Made by a program: the position numbers and the translations under genes. Below the pieces are notes generated by a model that was not told the DNA's origin, made no database searches, and saw nothing but the letters and a program-made list of their open reading frames with translations. Source: Deltaproteobacteria bacterium (GTDB lineage Bacteria > Myxococcota_A > UBA9160 > SMWR01). From it: 64,000 bases of DNA. How positions within the stretch are numbered: the stretch's first letter is position 1; the number at the start of each line of letters is the position of its first letter. The stretch lies in assembly GCA_032128115.1 (NCBI GenBank), contig JAQBHB010000040.1, forward strand, positions 32,001 to 96,000. Reading direction: 5' to 3'. Below, one piece after another: positions 31,801 to 41,084 of this stretch.

Positions 31801-32136
31801 GCGTGGGATGCCTTCGTGGTGGGTGATCCAGCGATCCACCTTGCCGTCGCCGGTGGTGTCCTGCTCCTGTCGCGCTGGCTTCCCGTCCTCGCCGTAGTAG
31901 ACCCACACGTCCACGCGGCCGTCGAAGTCCTGATCGCGCTCCGCGCGGATCGGCTTTTCGTTCTGGTAGTAGACGAAGGCATCGTGGCGACAGTCTTCGT
32001 TGGTGTCGGTGCGCTTCTCGGCCAGGTTTTCGTTGTCGTCGTAGCGCAGCTCCACCGCCGGACAACGCGCGAGTGCGTCGTTCGGGACCCAGATCGCTAC
32101 CAGGGCGACGCCGAGAAGAGCCGCTCTAGACGGCAC
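28876..32136 (-). CDS. Secreted protein built of ~40 DxDxDG-containing repeats (putative Ca-binding beta-repeat)
   Basis: Signal peptide, then ~23-aa repeats E-x-D-x-[DN]-x-D-G-x-x-D-x3-[YF]. Confidence 0.85.
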   Translation of the reverse strand: MPSRAALLGVALVAIWVPNDALARCPAVELRYDDNENLAEKRTDTNEDCRHDAFVYYQNEKPIRAERDQDFDGRVDVWVYYGEDGKPARQEQDTTGDGKVDRWITHHEGIPRTQLDDRNADGRPDATLSYEGSLPAKLEEDTNFDRKVDRWVSYRNGTPILIDEDRNFNGVVDARARFNPDGTKLLEQQDTTGDGAFDVAIHFENEQKIRVEEDTNGSGKPDVITHYRDGKILRREADSTGDGRFESVAYFEEGTERRQWRDDDGDGNADLLILLDAKGRKQREELDTDQDGSLDLVRLFEKGLEVREEEDKNRDGKPDVITEFAGDQPTRRKADTDLDGRMDTFIVFENGLKSVQEEDRSGDGKLDARYRFDGKGTLLVEILDEDHDGSLETRNEYDGDQIARRTIGGDEGGAMPRREFFEAGKLARVELDENANGKTDLWNFYDEHGALIRQEQDSDHSGAVDTWVRLHPKTGKELTVQRDRDGNGRVDSWRTNDPRGVTQKIEEDRGGDEKPDYTLTFAKGVPRGFEEDSDFDGRVDARGSLDGAGQPVSEERDTDGDGKFDLRVAYAGGVKTQDERDTRGDGRYDVVTLYENGVPTSQRQDTRGDGEFDSVIVFENGRQTSQSLDTDGDGKPDVVVRFDESERPGREEIDRNGDGNPDLYKIYSDGVLIREEADQDHDGRPELVTHYQAGQPVLSESDTDGDGQPNVKIEYKQGRRARQAEDRNADGTPDLITLFDDRERVLRIDEDSDHDARLETVTYFENGMKQKTEKDRNRDGAPDLFVYYEAGEMVRQEEDSDFDGTIDRRSMASADGHRVQEADTNGNGVIDTWITTDAKDTVLKKEEDRTGDGKVDLSVWFEKGKLARLEQDTRGDGCVDLKQWFDGNEQVRAEYTDNTGNCKTNVWSYFEAGRMVRQGQDTKGGGKPDVFNHLDKSGRVTIQEVSSNGQPDRKLYLDASGQVTAQCTLNEKGAKLNTRAIIESGIVVEVLVDTTGNGVADVREVYQNGQRVRLDADTNDDRMPDVVQSVAANGASIQDEDVDFDGQIDHRFEGDQPVELSNGNKIQGEKFGRVDCGSFHPFWWKR

Positions 32137-33250
32137 CGGGATTTCGGAACGTTCCGACCAGCCCGAGCTGCGCGAGGCAGCGGGCTTGATCCGGCAGCGG
32201 GGGGAAGGGCGAGGCGGCCTTGAGCGCATCGACGGCGCTCGAGCCCAGGGCGTTGTCGGTGGCCCGTACCAGCTCCACCCGGGAGGCGGAGCCGGCCACG
32301 TCGAGTCGAAACTTGAGGGTCACGCTCTGATCCGGCGGGATGCCCGGAGGCAGCTTCCAGCGGTCGAGCATCCGGGTGTGGATGCGCTCCATGTAGGTGC
32401 GCACCTCGGGTCGCTCGAAACAGGTGGTGCCGGCCGGACCCGTTCCGGTGCCGCTGCCGCCGGCGCCGTGCAGGAAGCCGTCGCCCACCGCGGTGTCGAC
32501 GCTCACGAGAAGCGAGCCCGTGGCAGAGCCGTGGACATCGCGGCTGGTCACGATTCCCTCGCGAACCGACGAGCCGCTGCCAATTTCGAACTTCTCGCTG
32601 CTGGATCCGCCGGCCGTGGCCACCGCGACGGCGCGCGGCCCGACGGAGGGACCCACGGGTGCCACCACCTGGGTGGGGCCCCGCAGCACGGGCGAGGCGG
32701 CGCCGGTGACGTCCACCGCGGTGGCGCGCGCCACTACCGGCGAATGCACCGCGCTCACGCGTTCCACGGCCACGCTGGAGCGATCGATCTGGCTGGGGGC
32801 TGCCGCCGTGTCGAGGGCTTCCATCTCCAGGGCGTCGGCCGTGACGGTGGGCGAGGCAGAGGCCACCACGTGGGGGTTGACCACCTGGGGAGCCACGGCC
32901 CGGGACGGCGCGAAATCGAAGGAGCGACGCTCGGCCAGGACCTTGGGAGCCAGGGCGGGCTCCTCCACGACCGGCTCGTTGGGCAGCAGCTGAACGGGGA
33001 TCAGCTCCTGCTCGATTACCGGCGCCAGGCTGGCCAGGAAGATCAGGAGTCCCAGCAGGCCGAAGTGGAGCAAGGCCGCCAGCGAACCCGAGGCGAGCGT
33101 GCGCTTGCCGGTCTCGGGCTCGTGGAACGAGATCGGAAAGTCCAGGGCCGCGGCGCCGCCGGCCCGGGACGTCTGGAAGGCGACTGCGATCCGGCGCGCT
33201 CGAGCGCGCCGTCGCGGAAGTCGGGATCGGATTCGGAATTGCTCATTCAT
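32126..33250 (-). CDS. TonB/TolA-like energy transducer
   Basis: TM helix with S..ALLH, low-complexity linker, C-terminal W..P..V.L.F.LD..G..A...ASPFPPLP. Confidence 0.8.
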   Translation of the reverse strand: MNEQFRIRSRLPRRRARARRIAVAFQTSRAGGAAALDFPISFHEPETGKRTLASGSLAALLHFGLLGLLIFLASLAPVIEQELIPVQLLPNEPVVEEPALAPKVLAERRSFDFAPSRAVAPQVVNPHVVASASPTVTADALEMEALDTAAAPSQIDRSSVAVERVSAVHSPVVARATAVDVTGAASPVLRGPTQVVAPVGPSVGPRAVAVATAGGSSSEKFEIGSGSSVREGIVTSRDVHGSATGSLLVSVDTAVGDGFLHGAGGSGTGTGPAGTTCFERPEVRTYMERIHTRMLDRWKLPPGIPPDQSVTLKFRLDVAGSASRVELVRATDNALGSSAVDALKAASPFPPLPDQARCLAQLGLVGTFRNPGAV

Positions 33251-33528
33251 GACGGCGCGCCCCGGAGAACCCCCGGGGTCTCCGTCTGTCATCGGTCGAA
33301 ACCCGTGTCAAGAAAACCTCGGCACTCCGGGTAAGGTGCCGGGCTCGATCCGACGAAATGCCTACTGAAAGCACCTCCCCCCTGAATTATCGTAAGTAAG
33401 GCATTTGGGGCCGTCAAACACGACCCAAGTGTGCGGCCGGGGGGCAGGGGATCCGATAACCTGCTGGAAACAGGGCAGGATTCGCTGATGGGGGCGCCGC
33501 CCGAGGGGTGCCCGGGGGGGAGTGAAAC

Positions 33529-34215
33529 TTGGACGCGCAGGCGCTTTTGCAGCTGCTTCAGGCCGGTGGCCTCACCGTCTATCCGCTGGGAGTCGGTTCC
33601 ATCATCGCGGTTGCGATCCTGTTCGAGCGCCTGTGGCGTTTCTCGGGCACCGATCGTCAGACCCGGTTGCTGACCCGAAGCGTGGTCCAGGCGCTGGTCA
33701 AGCGCGATCTGCCGACCGCCCGGGAGCTGTGCAAGAACAGCAAGTCTCCCCTGGGGCGGATCTACCTGGAGGCCATGCGCTGGAAGGACATCGCCGTGGA
33801 GGATCTGGAGCGCGTGCTGGCCACCTCCCGCCAGGAGGCCGCCTCGGACCTGAAGCGCGGCCTCTGGGTGGTGGGCACCATCGGCTCCCTGGCCCCCTAC
33901 GTGGGCCTCTGGGGCACCGTGGTGGGCATCATCCGGGCCTTCCAGGACATGGCCGAGCACGGCGCGGGGGGCTTCGAAGTGGTGGCCGCGGGCATTTCCG
34001 AGGCGCTGGTGGCCACGGCGGCGGGTCTGTTCGTGGCGATTACCGCGCTGATGTTCTTCAACTATCTGCAGGTTCGCGTGGGCGCGATTTCGGGCACCTA
34101 TGCGCGCTCCTGCGAGCGCTTCGTACAGGCGCTGCTGTTCGTCGAGAGCGCGTCCACCTCCAGCCAGGCGGGCGGGGAAGGAGAGGCCAGTGGGCGCCTC
34201 GTTCCGGCCAGCTGA
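33529..34215 (+). CDS. MotA/TolQ/ExbB proton channel protein
   Basis: TIGSLAPYVGLWGTVVGII, GISEALVATAAGL. Confidence 0.93.
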   Translation: MDAQALLQLLQAGGLTVYPLGVGSIIAVAILFERLWRFSGTDRQTRLLTRSVVQALVKRDLPTARELCKNSKSPLGRIYLEAMRWKDIAVEDLERVLATSRQEAASDLKRGLWVVGTIGSLAPYVGLWGTVVGIIRAFQDMAEHGAGGFEVVAAGISEALVATAAGLFVAITALMFFNYLQVRVGAISGTYARSCERFVQALLFVESASTSSQAGGEGEASGRLVPAS

Positions 34216-34621
34216 CGAAGAGAACCCCGAAGAGGGGATCGTCGCCGAGATCAACATCACACCCCTCACGGACGTGTTCCTGGTGCTGCTGATCATCTTC
34301 ATGGTCACCACGTCGGTGGTGGCGAGCCAGGGCAAGCAGGTGGATCTGCCTGGCGCCGAGGTGAGCGACGTTACGCCCAAGGGCGTGACCGTCACGGTTT
34401 TGCCGGATGGTTCCGTGCTGGTGAACGACGTGCCCAGCAGCGAGGCCACGCTCTTCGCCGATCTGGAGACGGCCCTGGCCGACTCGCGCGAGAAGCTCGT
34501 GATCCTGCGCGGTGACAAGAACGTGCTGCTGGGCCAGGCGGTCAACATCCTGGATCTGGCGCAGCAGGCCGGCGCCACCGGAATCGCGCTGGCCACCAGG
34601 CCACCTGCCCCAGAGAACTAA
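34190..34621 (+). CDS. ExbD/TolR family protein
   Basis: EINITPLTDVFLVLLIIFMV, LRGDK. Confidence 0.93.
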   Translation: MGASFRPADEENPEEGIVAEINITPLTDVFLVLLIIFMVTTSVVASQGKQVDLPGAEVSDVTPKGVTVTVLPDGSVLVNDVPSSEATLFADLETALADSREKLVILRGDKNVLLGQAVNILDLAQQAGATGIALATRPPAPEN

Positions 34622-36138
34622 CGTTGCCGGCGGAGCCAGGCTGTGGCGCCGGCGATCAGCAGCAGCTCCGGAACCAGCAGGCCCACTCCGTAGAAGGCGA
34701 GCAGGCTGTTCTGCACGGGCAGCGGAAACTGGAGCGTGGCGCGAATCTTCGGGCGAATCGTGATGTTCGACTCGCGCTCCACTGCCCAATGCACGCTGTT
34801 CAGGATCAGATCCAGATTGTAGAGGGTGCGCAGGTAGCGATTGGTCGCGAAATCGCTGTCGCCGAAGACCGCGATCCGGGTCTCGCCGTTCTCGCGTGGG
34901 TAGCGCCCTGCGGCGGCGATGTAGCGGTAGCCCTCTGGCTCGCCCGCGTGCGCAACGGCCCCGTCGCGCTGGTCGAGAACCGAGATGTCCTCGCTCAGCC
35001 AGGCGCCGGGACTCGACCACACCACCGCCTCCACCCGCGCCCCGTCGCCAGGGGATCGGGGCGTCAGCGGGCGCACACCCGGGAAGAAGGTCATGCGGTT
35101 GGGATCGAGGCCGGCCGTGGTGGGATGGGTGGCGTAGTTGTAGGCCACGATGTTGATGCCCTCGGCCGAGGACTCGATGCGGCCCGACGCGGGATCGATG
35201 AGCACCGCGTTCGGGGTCTCGATGCCGAATTCCGCCAACAGGGCTTCGACGCCGGTTTCCACGCCGGGTTCCAGCAGCGCCACGAGCCGACCGCCGCCGT
35301 CCAGGTAGCGGCGCAGGGCATCGATCGCCGTGTCGCGCAGGCGGCGGCGGGGTGAGAGCAGCAGCACCGCGGCCGTGTCTTCGGGGATGTCGGTCCGGGA
35401 GGCCGAGACCACGCTGCGGAGCCGGAAACCCTCGGTAGCAAGCGCCGTGGCCAGACCCGAGAAGCCCAGGGCGTCCTCGCCCAGGGGATCGCCCTCGCCG
35501 TCGCCGCGCAGCAGGGTCAGCACGCCACTCTGCAGCGAGCGCAGGCGGTAGAGGGCTTCGTAGAGGTTTCCCTCGCCGGGGCGCTCGATGGTTTCGAAGC
35601 GATCCCCAAGCTCGAGGACCACGCTGTTCGAGGTGCCGATGGCGTAGCGCGCCTCGTCTTCGGGCGACTCGTCGAGCCAGCGCTCGGCCACTTCCAGGGG
35701 GCACACCCTCGCCAGCTGCTGCAGCAACAATTGCGTGCGCCGGATGCGCGGATCGCCCTCGGCTCGGTAGAGCGTGCCGGTGAGCCGCTGGCCCCCGCTC
35801 TCGAGGGCCTGGCAGGCGTCGCGGGTGGCCTGCGAGATCTCGAAGCTCCCTTCGCCCGTCCAGTCGAAGGCGACGCCCGAGTGGGCCACGGCCCGTTCCA
35901 GGGCAGCGGCCACGAGCACGGCCAGGGCGATCCCCAGCAGGCCGCGGGTCAGCACGCGGCGCGCATGGGGCCCGCCGAGTCCGCGCAGGCGCAGGACTCC
36001 ACGGGCCAGGGCAATCGCCAGGGCCACGACCCCGAGCGTCAGGTTGGCAATTCCGAAGGCTCCGAAGTGGTCGGTCAGGTAGTAGGAGCCGATGCCGAAG
36101 GTCACGGCGATCAACCCGGCGGCGGCCAGCGCGCGCAT
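34618..36138 (-). CDS. GldG-like ABC transporter auxiliary component
   Basis: DWT....EIS..T, G.GE, YLDGGGRLVALLEP, VFGDSDFATN..N.DL..NSV.W, C-terminal TM. Confidence 0.8.
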   Translation of the reverse strand: MRALAAAGLIAVTFGIGSYYLTDHFGAFGIANLTLGVVALAIALARGVLRLRGLGGPHARRVLTRGLLGIALAVLVAAALERAVAHSGVAFDWTGEGSFEISQATRDACQALESGGQRLTGTLYRAEGDPRIRRTQLLLQQLARVCPLEVAERWLDESPEDEARYAIGTSNSVVLELGDRFETIERPGEGNLYEALYRLRSLQSGVLTLLRGDGEGDPLGEDALGFSGLATALATEGFRLRSVVSASRTDIPEDTAAVLLLSPRRRLRDTAIDALRRYLDGGGRLVALLEPGVETGVEALLAEFGIETPNAVLIDPASGRIESSAEGINIVAYNYATHPTTAGLDPNRMTFFPGVRPLTPRSPGDGARVEAVVWSSPGAWLSEDISVLDQRDGAVAHAGEPEGYRYIAAAGRYPRENGETRIAVFGDSDFATNRYLRTLYNLDLILNSVHWAVERESNITIRPKIRATLQFPLPVQNSLLAFYGVGLLVPELLLIAGATAWLRRQR

Positions 36139-36929
36139 CAGCCGCTCACCCGGCGCAGGTCGAACGAGAAGCGGGCCATTGCCAGCGACACCAGCACGAC
36201 GCCGGCGAAGTAGGCCACGTTGGCCAGCGACACGATGCCCTCGGCGAAGCTGCCGTATCGCAAGTGCAGCGAGATCGCGTCCAGGAAACCCGCCAACCCC
36301 TCGCCCACGAACGGCTGTACCCACGCGAAATCCCACAGCACGAAGGCCAGGGCCCAGGCCGAGACGGCGGCCACCAGCTGGCTCGAGGTATAGGCCGAGC
36401 AGACGAGCCCGAGGGAGGCCAGGGCGATGCCGTGCAGGGTGAGGCCCATGAAGACCGAGCCCAGGTGCTCGAGGCCCAGCCCGCCGCGCTCGATGGCGGT
36501 GGCCGGATACACGAAGGCAACCAACATCATCAGCATCACGAATCCGAAGGTGACGGCGAATTTGCCAAGCACGATCTGGGTGGGTGTCAGCCCCGTGGCC
36601 ACCAACAGTTCATCGGTGCCGCGGGCGCGTTCTTCGGCGAACACCCGCATGCTGATCAAGGGCACCGCCCCGATCAGCAGCATGCCCAGCGTCTCCATCA
36701 CGGGAAAGAAGACCGTGTCCCACAGATTGATGTAGTCCGGGATCTCGTCGCTGCTGAACCCGCCCATGGTGGTACTGGAGTACAGGAACAGGATCTGGTT
36801 GTAGATCCGCAGGTGGTCGAAGAACACGAGGGCCGTTACTGCCGCCACAGCCGTGAGCACCACGTAGGCAGTGGGTTGCGCGAACAGGCTCGAAAACTCC
36901 TTTCGCATCAGGGCGAACAGGCCCGTCAT
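36138..36929 (-). CDS. ABC-2 type permease (GldF-like)
   Basis: RKEF..F..P.AY, SMRVFAEERARGTDELL, LGKF. Confidence 0.88.
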   Translation of the reverse strand: MTGLFALMRKEFSSLFAQPTAYVVLTAVAAVTALVFFDHLRIYNQILFLYSSTTMGGFSSDEIPDYINLWDTVFFPVMETLGMLLIGAVPLISMRVFAEERARGTDELLVATGLTPTQIVLGKFAVTFGFVMLMMLVAFVYPATAIERGGLGLEHLGSVFMGLTLHGIALASLGLVCSAYTSSQLVAAVSAWALAFVLWDFAWVQPFVGEGLAGFLDAISLHLRYGSFAEGIVSLANVAYFAGVVLVSLAMARFSFDLRRVSG

Positions 36930-37672
36930 GATGGGGTTTCCGCGCCCATGCGGAACAGCTCGAGCACGTCGTCGCGCCCCAGGATGTCGCGCGTGCCGCC
37001 CTCGGCCACCAGCTGCCCCTGGCTCAGGACGGCAGTGCGGGTGGTGAGGCGCTCGGCTTCACGCAGGTCGTGGGTGCACAGGATCACGGTGCGGGCGCCG
37101 CCCAGGGAGCCCAGGATCTCCTGCACATCGTTGCGTTGCACCGGGTCGAGACCTCCGGTGGGCTCGTCCACGATCACCAGGTCCGGGTCATGCAGGAAGC
37201 CCTGGGCCAGGGAGACGCGCTGCTGGAAGCCCTTGGAGAGGTTTCCGATCGGGCGGTCCGCAACGGATTCGAGCGCGAATCGGCCCACTTCGCGGTCGAT
37301 GGCCCGGCCCAGGTCGGGGCCCCGCAGACCTCGGGCGCCGCCGATGAAACGCAGGAATGCCATCACCCGCAGCTCCGGGTAGAGGCGCGAGGTCTCCATC
37401 ACCAGGCCCAGCCGCGATTGCACGCGGGTGGGGTCGCTGGCCGGCGAGATGCCGTCGACCGTGATCTGGCCCGTGCTCGGCAGCAGGCAGCCGCTCACGA
37501 TGCGGATCAGGGTGGTCTTGCCGGCGCCGTTGGCGCCCAGCAGGCCGAAGCTCTCGCCCGGTTTGATGTCCAGGCTCACCCCGGCGAGGGCCAGGTGGTT
37601 GCCGAAGCGTCGCGTGACGTCGCGCGCTTCCACCCGTGCGCCCCTTGCGGGGCTCGTGCCGGGCTGGCTCAA
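36926..37672 (-). CDS. ABC transporter ATP-binding protein (GldA-like)
   Basis: GANGAGKT, LSKG, DEPTGGLD. Confidence 0.92.
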   Translation of the reverse strand: MSQPGTSPARGARVEARDVTRRFGNHLALAGVSLDIKPGESFGLLGANGAGKTTLIRIVSGCLLPSTGQITVDGISPASDPTRVQSRLGLVMETSRLYPELRVMAFLRFIGGARGLRGPDLGRAIDREVGRFALESVADRPIGNLSKGFQQRVSLAQGFLHDPDLVIVDEPTGGLDPVQRNDVQEILGSLGGARTVILCTHDLREAERLTTRTAVLSQGQLVAEGGTRDILGRDDVLELFRMGAETPS

Positions 37673-37713
37673 TTCCCGACTCCGCTTGCCGATGATTCCA
37701 ATCTCACTAGCTT

Positions 37714-37959
37714 ATGGCCGTGATCGACCACCGACCTGCGAACGGCGGCGGCTCCTGCCGGCGTTGCCTCGGCCGCCTGGGGCTCGACGCCCCCCGCGCC
37801 GACGGCGTCTGGTATTGCAGCACCGCGTGTGCCGAGGGCTACAGCCAGACCGGCCCGCGAGAGGCCGGGGTGCCCGAGCACTGGCTCTACAACCGCCCGC
37901 GTCGATTCTTCCGCAAGCGGCGGCCCAAGGAACTCACGACCGGCTCTTCCGACCGGTAG
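37714..37959 (+). CDS. Small putative zinc-binding protein
   Basis: CRRC...WYCSTAC, basic C-terminus. Confidence 0.5.
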   Translation: MAVIDHRPANGGGSCRRCLGRLGLDAPRADGVWYCSTACAEGYSQTGPREAGVPEHWLYNRPRRFFRKRRPKELTTGSSDR

Positions 37960-37990
37960 TCGCAACACGCCGTTTCTCCCTGTCCGTACT

Positions 37991-39271
37991 CTACAGACGC
38001 TCGAGAGCCGAAAAGTACTCGGGCCACGTCTTGGTGACGCAGGCTGGGTTGCGGATCACGACCCCCTCCACACGCAGGCCCGCCAGGGCGAAGGCCATGG
38101 CCATGCGGTGGTCATCGTAGGTATCGATCTCGGCACCGTGCAGCTTGCCGGGCTCGATGACCAGCGAGTCCAGCGTGGCGCGCGCGGTCGCGCCCAGCTT
38201 GCGGATCTCGGTTTCGAGGGCCAGCAGGCGATTCGATTCCTTGATGCGCAGGTTGGCCACATTGCGGATGGTGCTGGTGCCGCCCGCGAACAGGGCCACC
38301 ACGGCCAGGGCCAGCACGGCGTCGGGCATGTCGTTCATGTCCACGTCCACGGGGATCAGGCGCCCCACGGGCCCGCGCACTTCCACGTGGTTCGGGCCCC
38401 GGCTCACCTGGCAGCCCATGCGCTCGAGGATTTCCAGCAACGCCAGGTCGGCCTGGATCGAGTTGCGGGGAATGTCGTCGACCCGTATGCGACCGCCTCC
38501 GATGGCAGCAGCACAGAATGCGTAGGCCGCGGACGAGGCGTCGGGCTCGATCCGGTAGGGCCGTCCCTGATACGGGTGCACCCGGCTCACCCGGTAGGCT
38601 CCGTCGCGGCGCTCGGTGACCTTGGCCCCGAATTCGCGCATGACGCTGAGGGTGAGGTCTACATAGGGCCGCGAGACCAGGATGCCGTCCAGGGGCTTCA
38701 GGATCACGTCGCGCGCCGCATAGGGCGCCGCCAACAGGATTGCGGAGACGAACTGACTGGAGCGGCTGGCGTCGACCTCCACGAACCCCCCCGCGATGCC
38801 GCCGCCGTGCACGCGTACGGGCGGGCAGCCGTTCTCGCCCAGGATCTCGACCCTGGCGCCCAGTTCGGCCAGGGCATTCACCAGCTCGTTGATGGGGCGC
38901 TCGCGCATTCGCTCGTTGCCGTCGATCACCACGGGCCCCTCACCGAGCGCGGCCGCCGCTGTGAGGAAGCGGGCGGTGGTGCCGGAGCCGTGGGTGTCCA
39001 GGGCAGCCGGCGATCGGCGCAGGCGTCCGTTGCGACCCTTGACGAACCAGGCGCCGCCCGAGTGGAGATCGATCTCGCAGCCCATGGCACTCAGGGCGTC
39101 GAGCATGGCAGCGGTGTCGTCGCTGGTGAGAGCGCCGTATAGCTCGCTTGCGCCGTTGGCCAGAGCCGCGATCAGGAGCGCGCGGTTCGTGATGCTCTTG
39201 GAGCCCGGCACCCGGAGCGAAGTATCGAAGGCTCCTCGCGGTTTGATGGTGATGGTGTCCCGATGGTTCAA
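37991..39271 (-). CDS. aroA: 3-phosphoshikimate 1-carboxyvinyltransferase (EPSP synthase)
   Basis: PGSKSITNR, SSQFVS, LRIKESNR, DHRMAM, KTWP; TTG start after GGAGG. Confidence 0.96.
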   Translation of the reverse strand: MNHRDTITIKPRGAFDTSLRVPGSKSITNRALLIAALANGASELYGALTSDDTAAMLDALSAMGCEIDLHSGGAWFVKGRNGRLRRSPAALDTHGSGTTARFLTAAAALGEGPVVIDGNERMRERPINELVNALAELGARVEILGENGCPPVRVHGGGIAGGFVEVDASRSSQFVSAILLAAPYAARDVILKPLDGILVSRPYVDLTLSVMREFGAKVTERRDGAYRVSRVHPYQGRPYRIEPDASSAAYAFCAAAIGGGRIRVDDIPRNSIQADLALLEILERMGCQVSRGPNHVEVRGPVGRLIPVDVDMNDMPDAVLALAVVALFAGGTSTIRNVANLRIKESNRLLALETEIRKLGATARATLDSLVIEPGKLHGAEIDTYDDHRMAMAFALAGLRVEGVVIRNPACVTKTWPEYFSALERL

Positions 39272-39407
39272 TCGCCGCCTCCCGATGCCGAGGCGGAATG
39301 TACAGGCTTCCGGTACGTTGACACTCCCAGGGGGCTTCGGCACAATCGCCGCCCGGTGCGTATTTTCTCAATGTACACAGGGGCTTAGCCCGCCCTCGCG
39401 GGGTCCG

Positions 39408-39467
39408 CGTGGCGGACCCGGTGGCGGACCCGGTGGCGGACTCGGTAACGGACTCGGTAACGGACTC
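39408..39467. repeat. Five-unit 12-bp tandem repeat in the aroA/serA intergenic region
   Basis: cGTGGCGGACCC, GGTGGCGGACCC, GGTGGCGGACTC, GGTAACGGACTC, GGTAACGGACTC. Confidence 0.9.
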
Positions 39468-39497
39468 GAACAGGGAGCGGGAACGGAGAGCGGGATC

Positions 39498-41084
39498 GTG
39501 GCCAAGGTACTCGTGACTGACGCGCTGGCCGATCAGGGGCTGGCGATCCTGGAACAGAGCGCAGGCCTCGAGGTGGACTATCGCCCGGGGCTCTCGCCGG
39601 GCGAATTGCTCGAGGCGATCGTCGACGCCGAGGGACTGGTGATCCGAAGCGGCAGCAAGATCACCGCCGACGTGATCGCGGCCGGGGAAAAGCTTCGCGT
39701 GATTGGTCGCGCGGGGATCGGCGTCGACAACGTGGACGTCCCGGCAGCCACCGCGCGCGGCATCGCCGTGATGAACACACCCGGCGGCAACAACATCACC
39801 ACTGCCGAGCACGCCATCGCGTTGCTGATCTCGCTGGCGCGACACATTCCCCAGGCCACGGCTTCCATGAAGAGCGGGCGCTGGGAAAAGAAGCGCTTCA
39901 TGGGCATGGAACTCTACAACCGCACGTTGGGTGTGCTGGGCCTGGGCAACATTGGACGCATCGTCGCAACGCGCGGTCGCGGTCTCGGCATGAAGGTGAT
40001 CGCATACGATCCGTTCATTTCGGACGCGGCGGCGGCCAAGCTCGACGTGGAGCGAGTGTCGCTCGACGACCTGCTGGCCCGGTCCGATGTGATCTCGGTG
40101 CACGTGCCCCGGACCAAAGACACGGCCGGTATGCTGGGTGCGCGGGCGTTCTCGAAGGTTCGCCCGGGGGTGCTGCTGGTCAACGCCTCCCGCGGCGGAA
40201 TCGTCGACGAAGCGGCGCTGCTCGAGGCGCTCAACGATGGCCGCGTGGGCGGCGCCGCCCTGGACGTCTTCGACCAGGAGCCTCCGCGCGCGGATCACCC
40301 GCTGGTGCATCACGACCGGGTGATCTGCACGCCCCACCTGGGGGCCTCCACCGAGCAGGCCCAGGTCAACGTCTCGATTGCCGTGGCGGAGCAGGTGCGC
40401 GACTACCTGATATCGGGGCTGATCGGCAATGCGGTGAATGTGCCCTCGATCTCCCGCGAGCTGCTCACGCGGATGCGCCCCTACCTGGAGCTGGGCGAGA
40501 AGCTGGGGCGCTTCCAGGGGCAGCTGTGCGTGGGCGCCATCGACCAGATCGAGATCGAGTACTCGGGCGAGGCCGCCGAGATGGACGTGACCCCCATTAC
40601 CGTCTCCGTGCTCAAGGGCCTGCTCGAGTCCGTGACCGATCAAGTCAACATGGTCAACGCCCCGTTGATTGCCCAGGAGCACGGGATCAAGGTGATCGAG
40701 TCGAAGTCCAGTCGCAGCCTCGACTTCGCCAGTGCCGTCTCCACGCGGGTCACCGGCTGCCAGGACCGCATGATCGTGGGTGCGATCTTCCACGGCGGGC
40801 AGCCTCGCATCGTGCGCATCGACGACTTCATGCTCGAAGCGATTCCCGAGGGCCCGACCCTGCTGCTGCTGAACCACGACCAGCCCGGCGTGGTGGGCAG
40901 CGTGGGCACGGTGCTTGGAGAGGCAGGGCTCAACATCTCGCGCATGCAGCTGGCGCTGGTACCCGAGCGCAACGAGGCCGCGATGCTCGTAAACGTGGGT
41001 CGCATGCCCGACGAGGCCGCGCTGGAGCGGCTGCGGCAGCTGCCTCATGTGATCTCGGCGCAGCTGGTGGACCTGGGACCGTGA
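39498..41084 (+). CDS. serA: D-3-phosphoglycerate dehydrogenase
   Basis: GRAGIGVDNVD, GLGNIG, TPHLGASTEQAQ, C-terminal ACT domain. Confidence 0.96.
   Translation: MAKVLVTDALADQGLAILEQSAGLEVDYRPGLSPGELLEAIVDAEGLVIRSGSKITADVIAAGEKLRVIGRAGIGVDNVDVPAATARGIAVMNTPGGNNITTAEHAIALLISLARHIPQATASMKSGRWEKKRFMGMELYNRTLGVLGLGNIGRIVATRGRGLGMKVIAYDPFISDAAAAKLDVERVSLDDLLARSDVISVHVPRTKDTAGMLGARAFSKVRPGVLLVNASRGGIVDEAALLEALNDGRVGGAALDVFDQEPPRADHPLVHHDRVICTPHLGASTEQAQVNVSIAVAEQVRDYLISGLIGNAVNVPSISRELLTRMRPYLELGEKLGRFQGQLCVGAIDQIEIEYSGEAAEMDVTPITVSVLKGLLESVTDQVNMVNAPLIAQEHGIKVIESKSSRSLDFASAVSTRVTGCQDRMIVGAIFHGGQPRIVRIDDFMLEAIPEGPTLLLLNHDQPGVVGSVGTVLGEAGLNISRMQLALVPERNEAAMLVNVGRMPDEAALERLRQLPHVISAQLVDLGP

Noticed and set aside
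29338..32223. Long antisense and alternate-frame ORFs (e.g. 961 aa here, 925 aa at 38940, 871 aa at 16634)
   Set aside because: These are shadow ORFs expected at high GC; they overlap well-supported genes and have no motifs.
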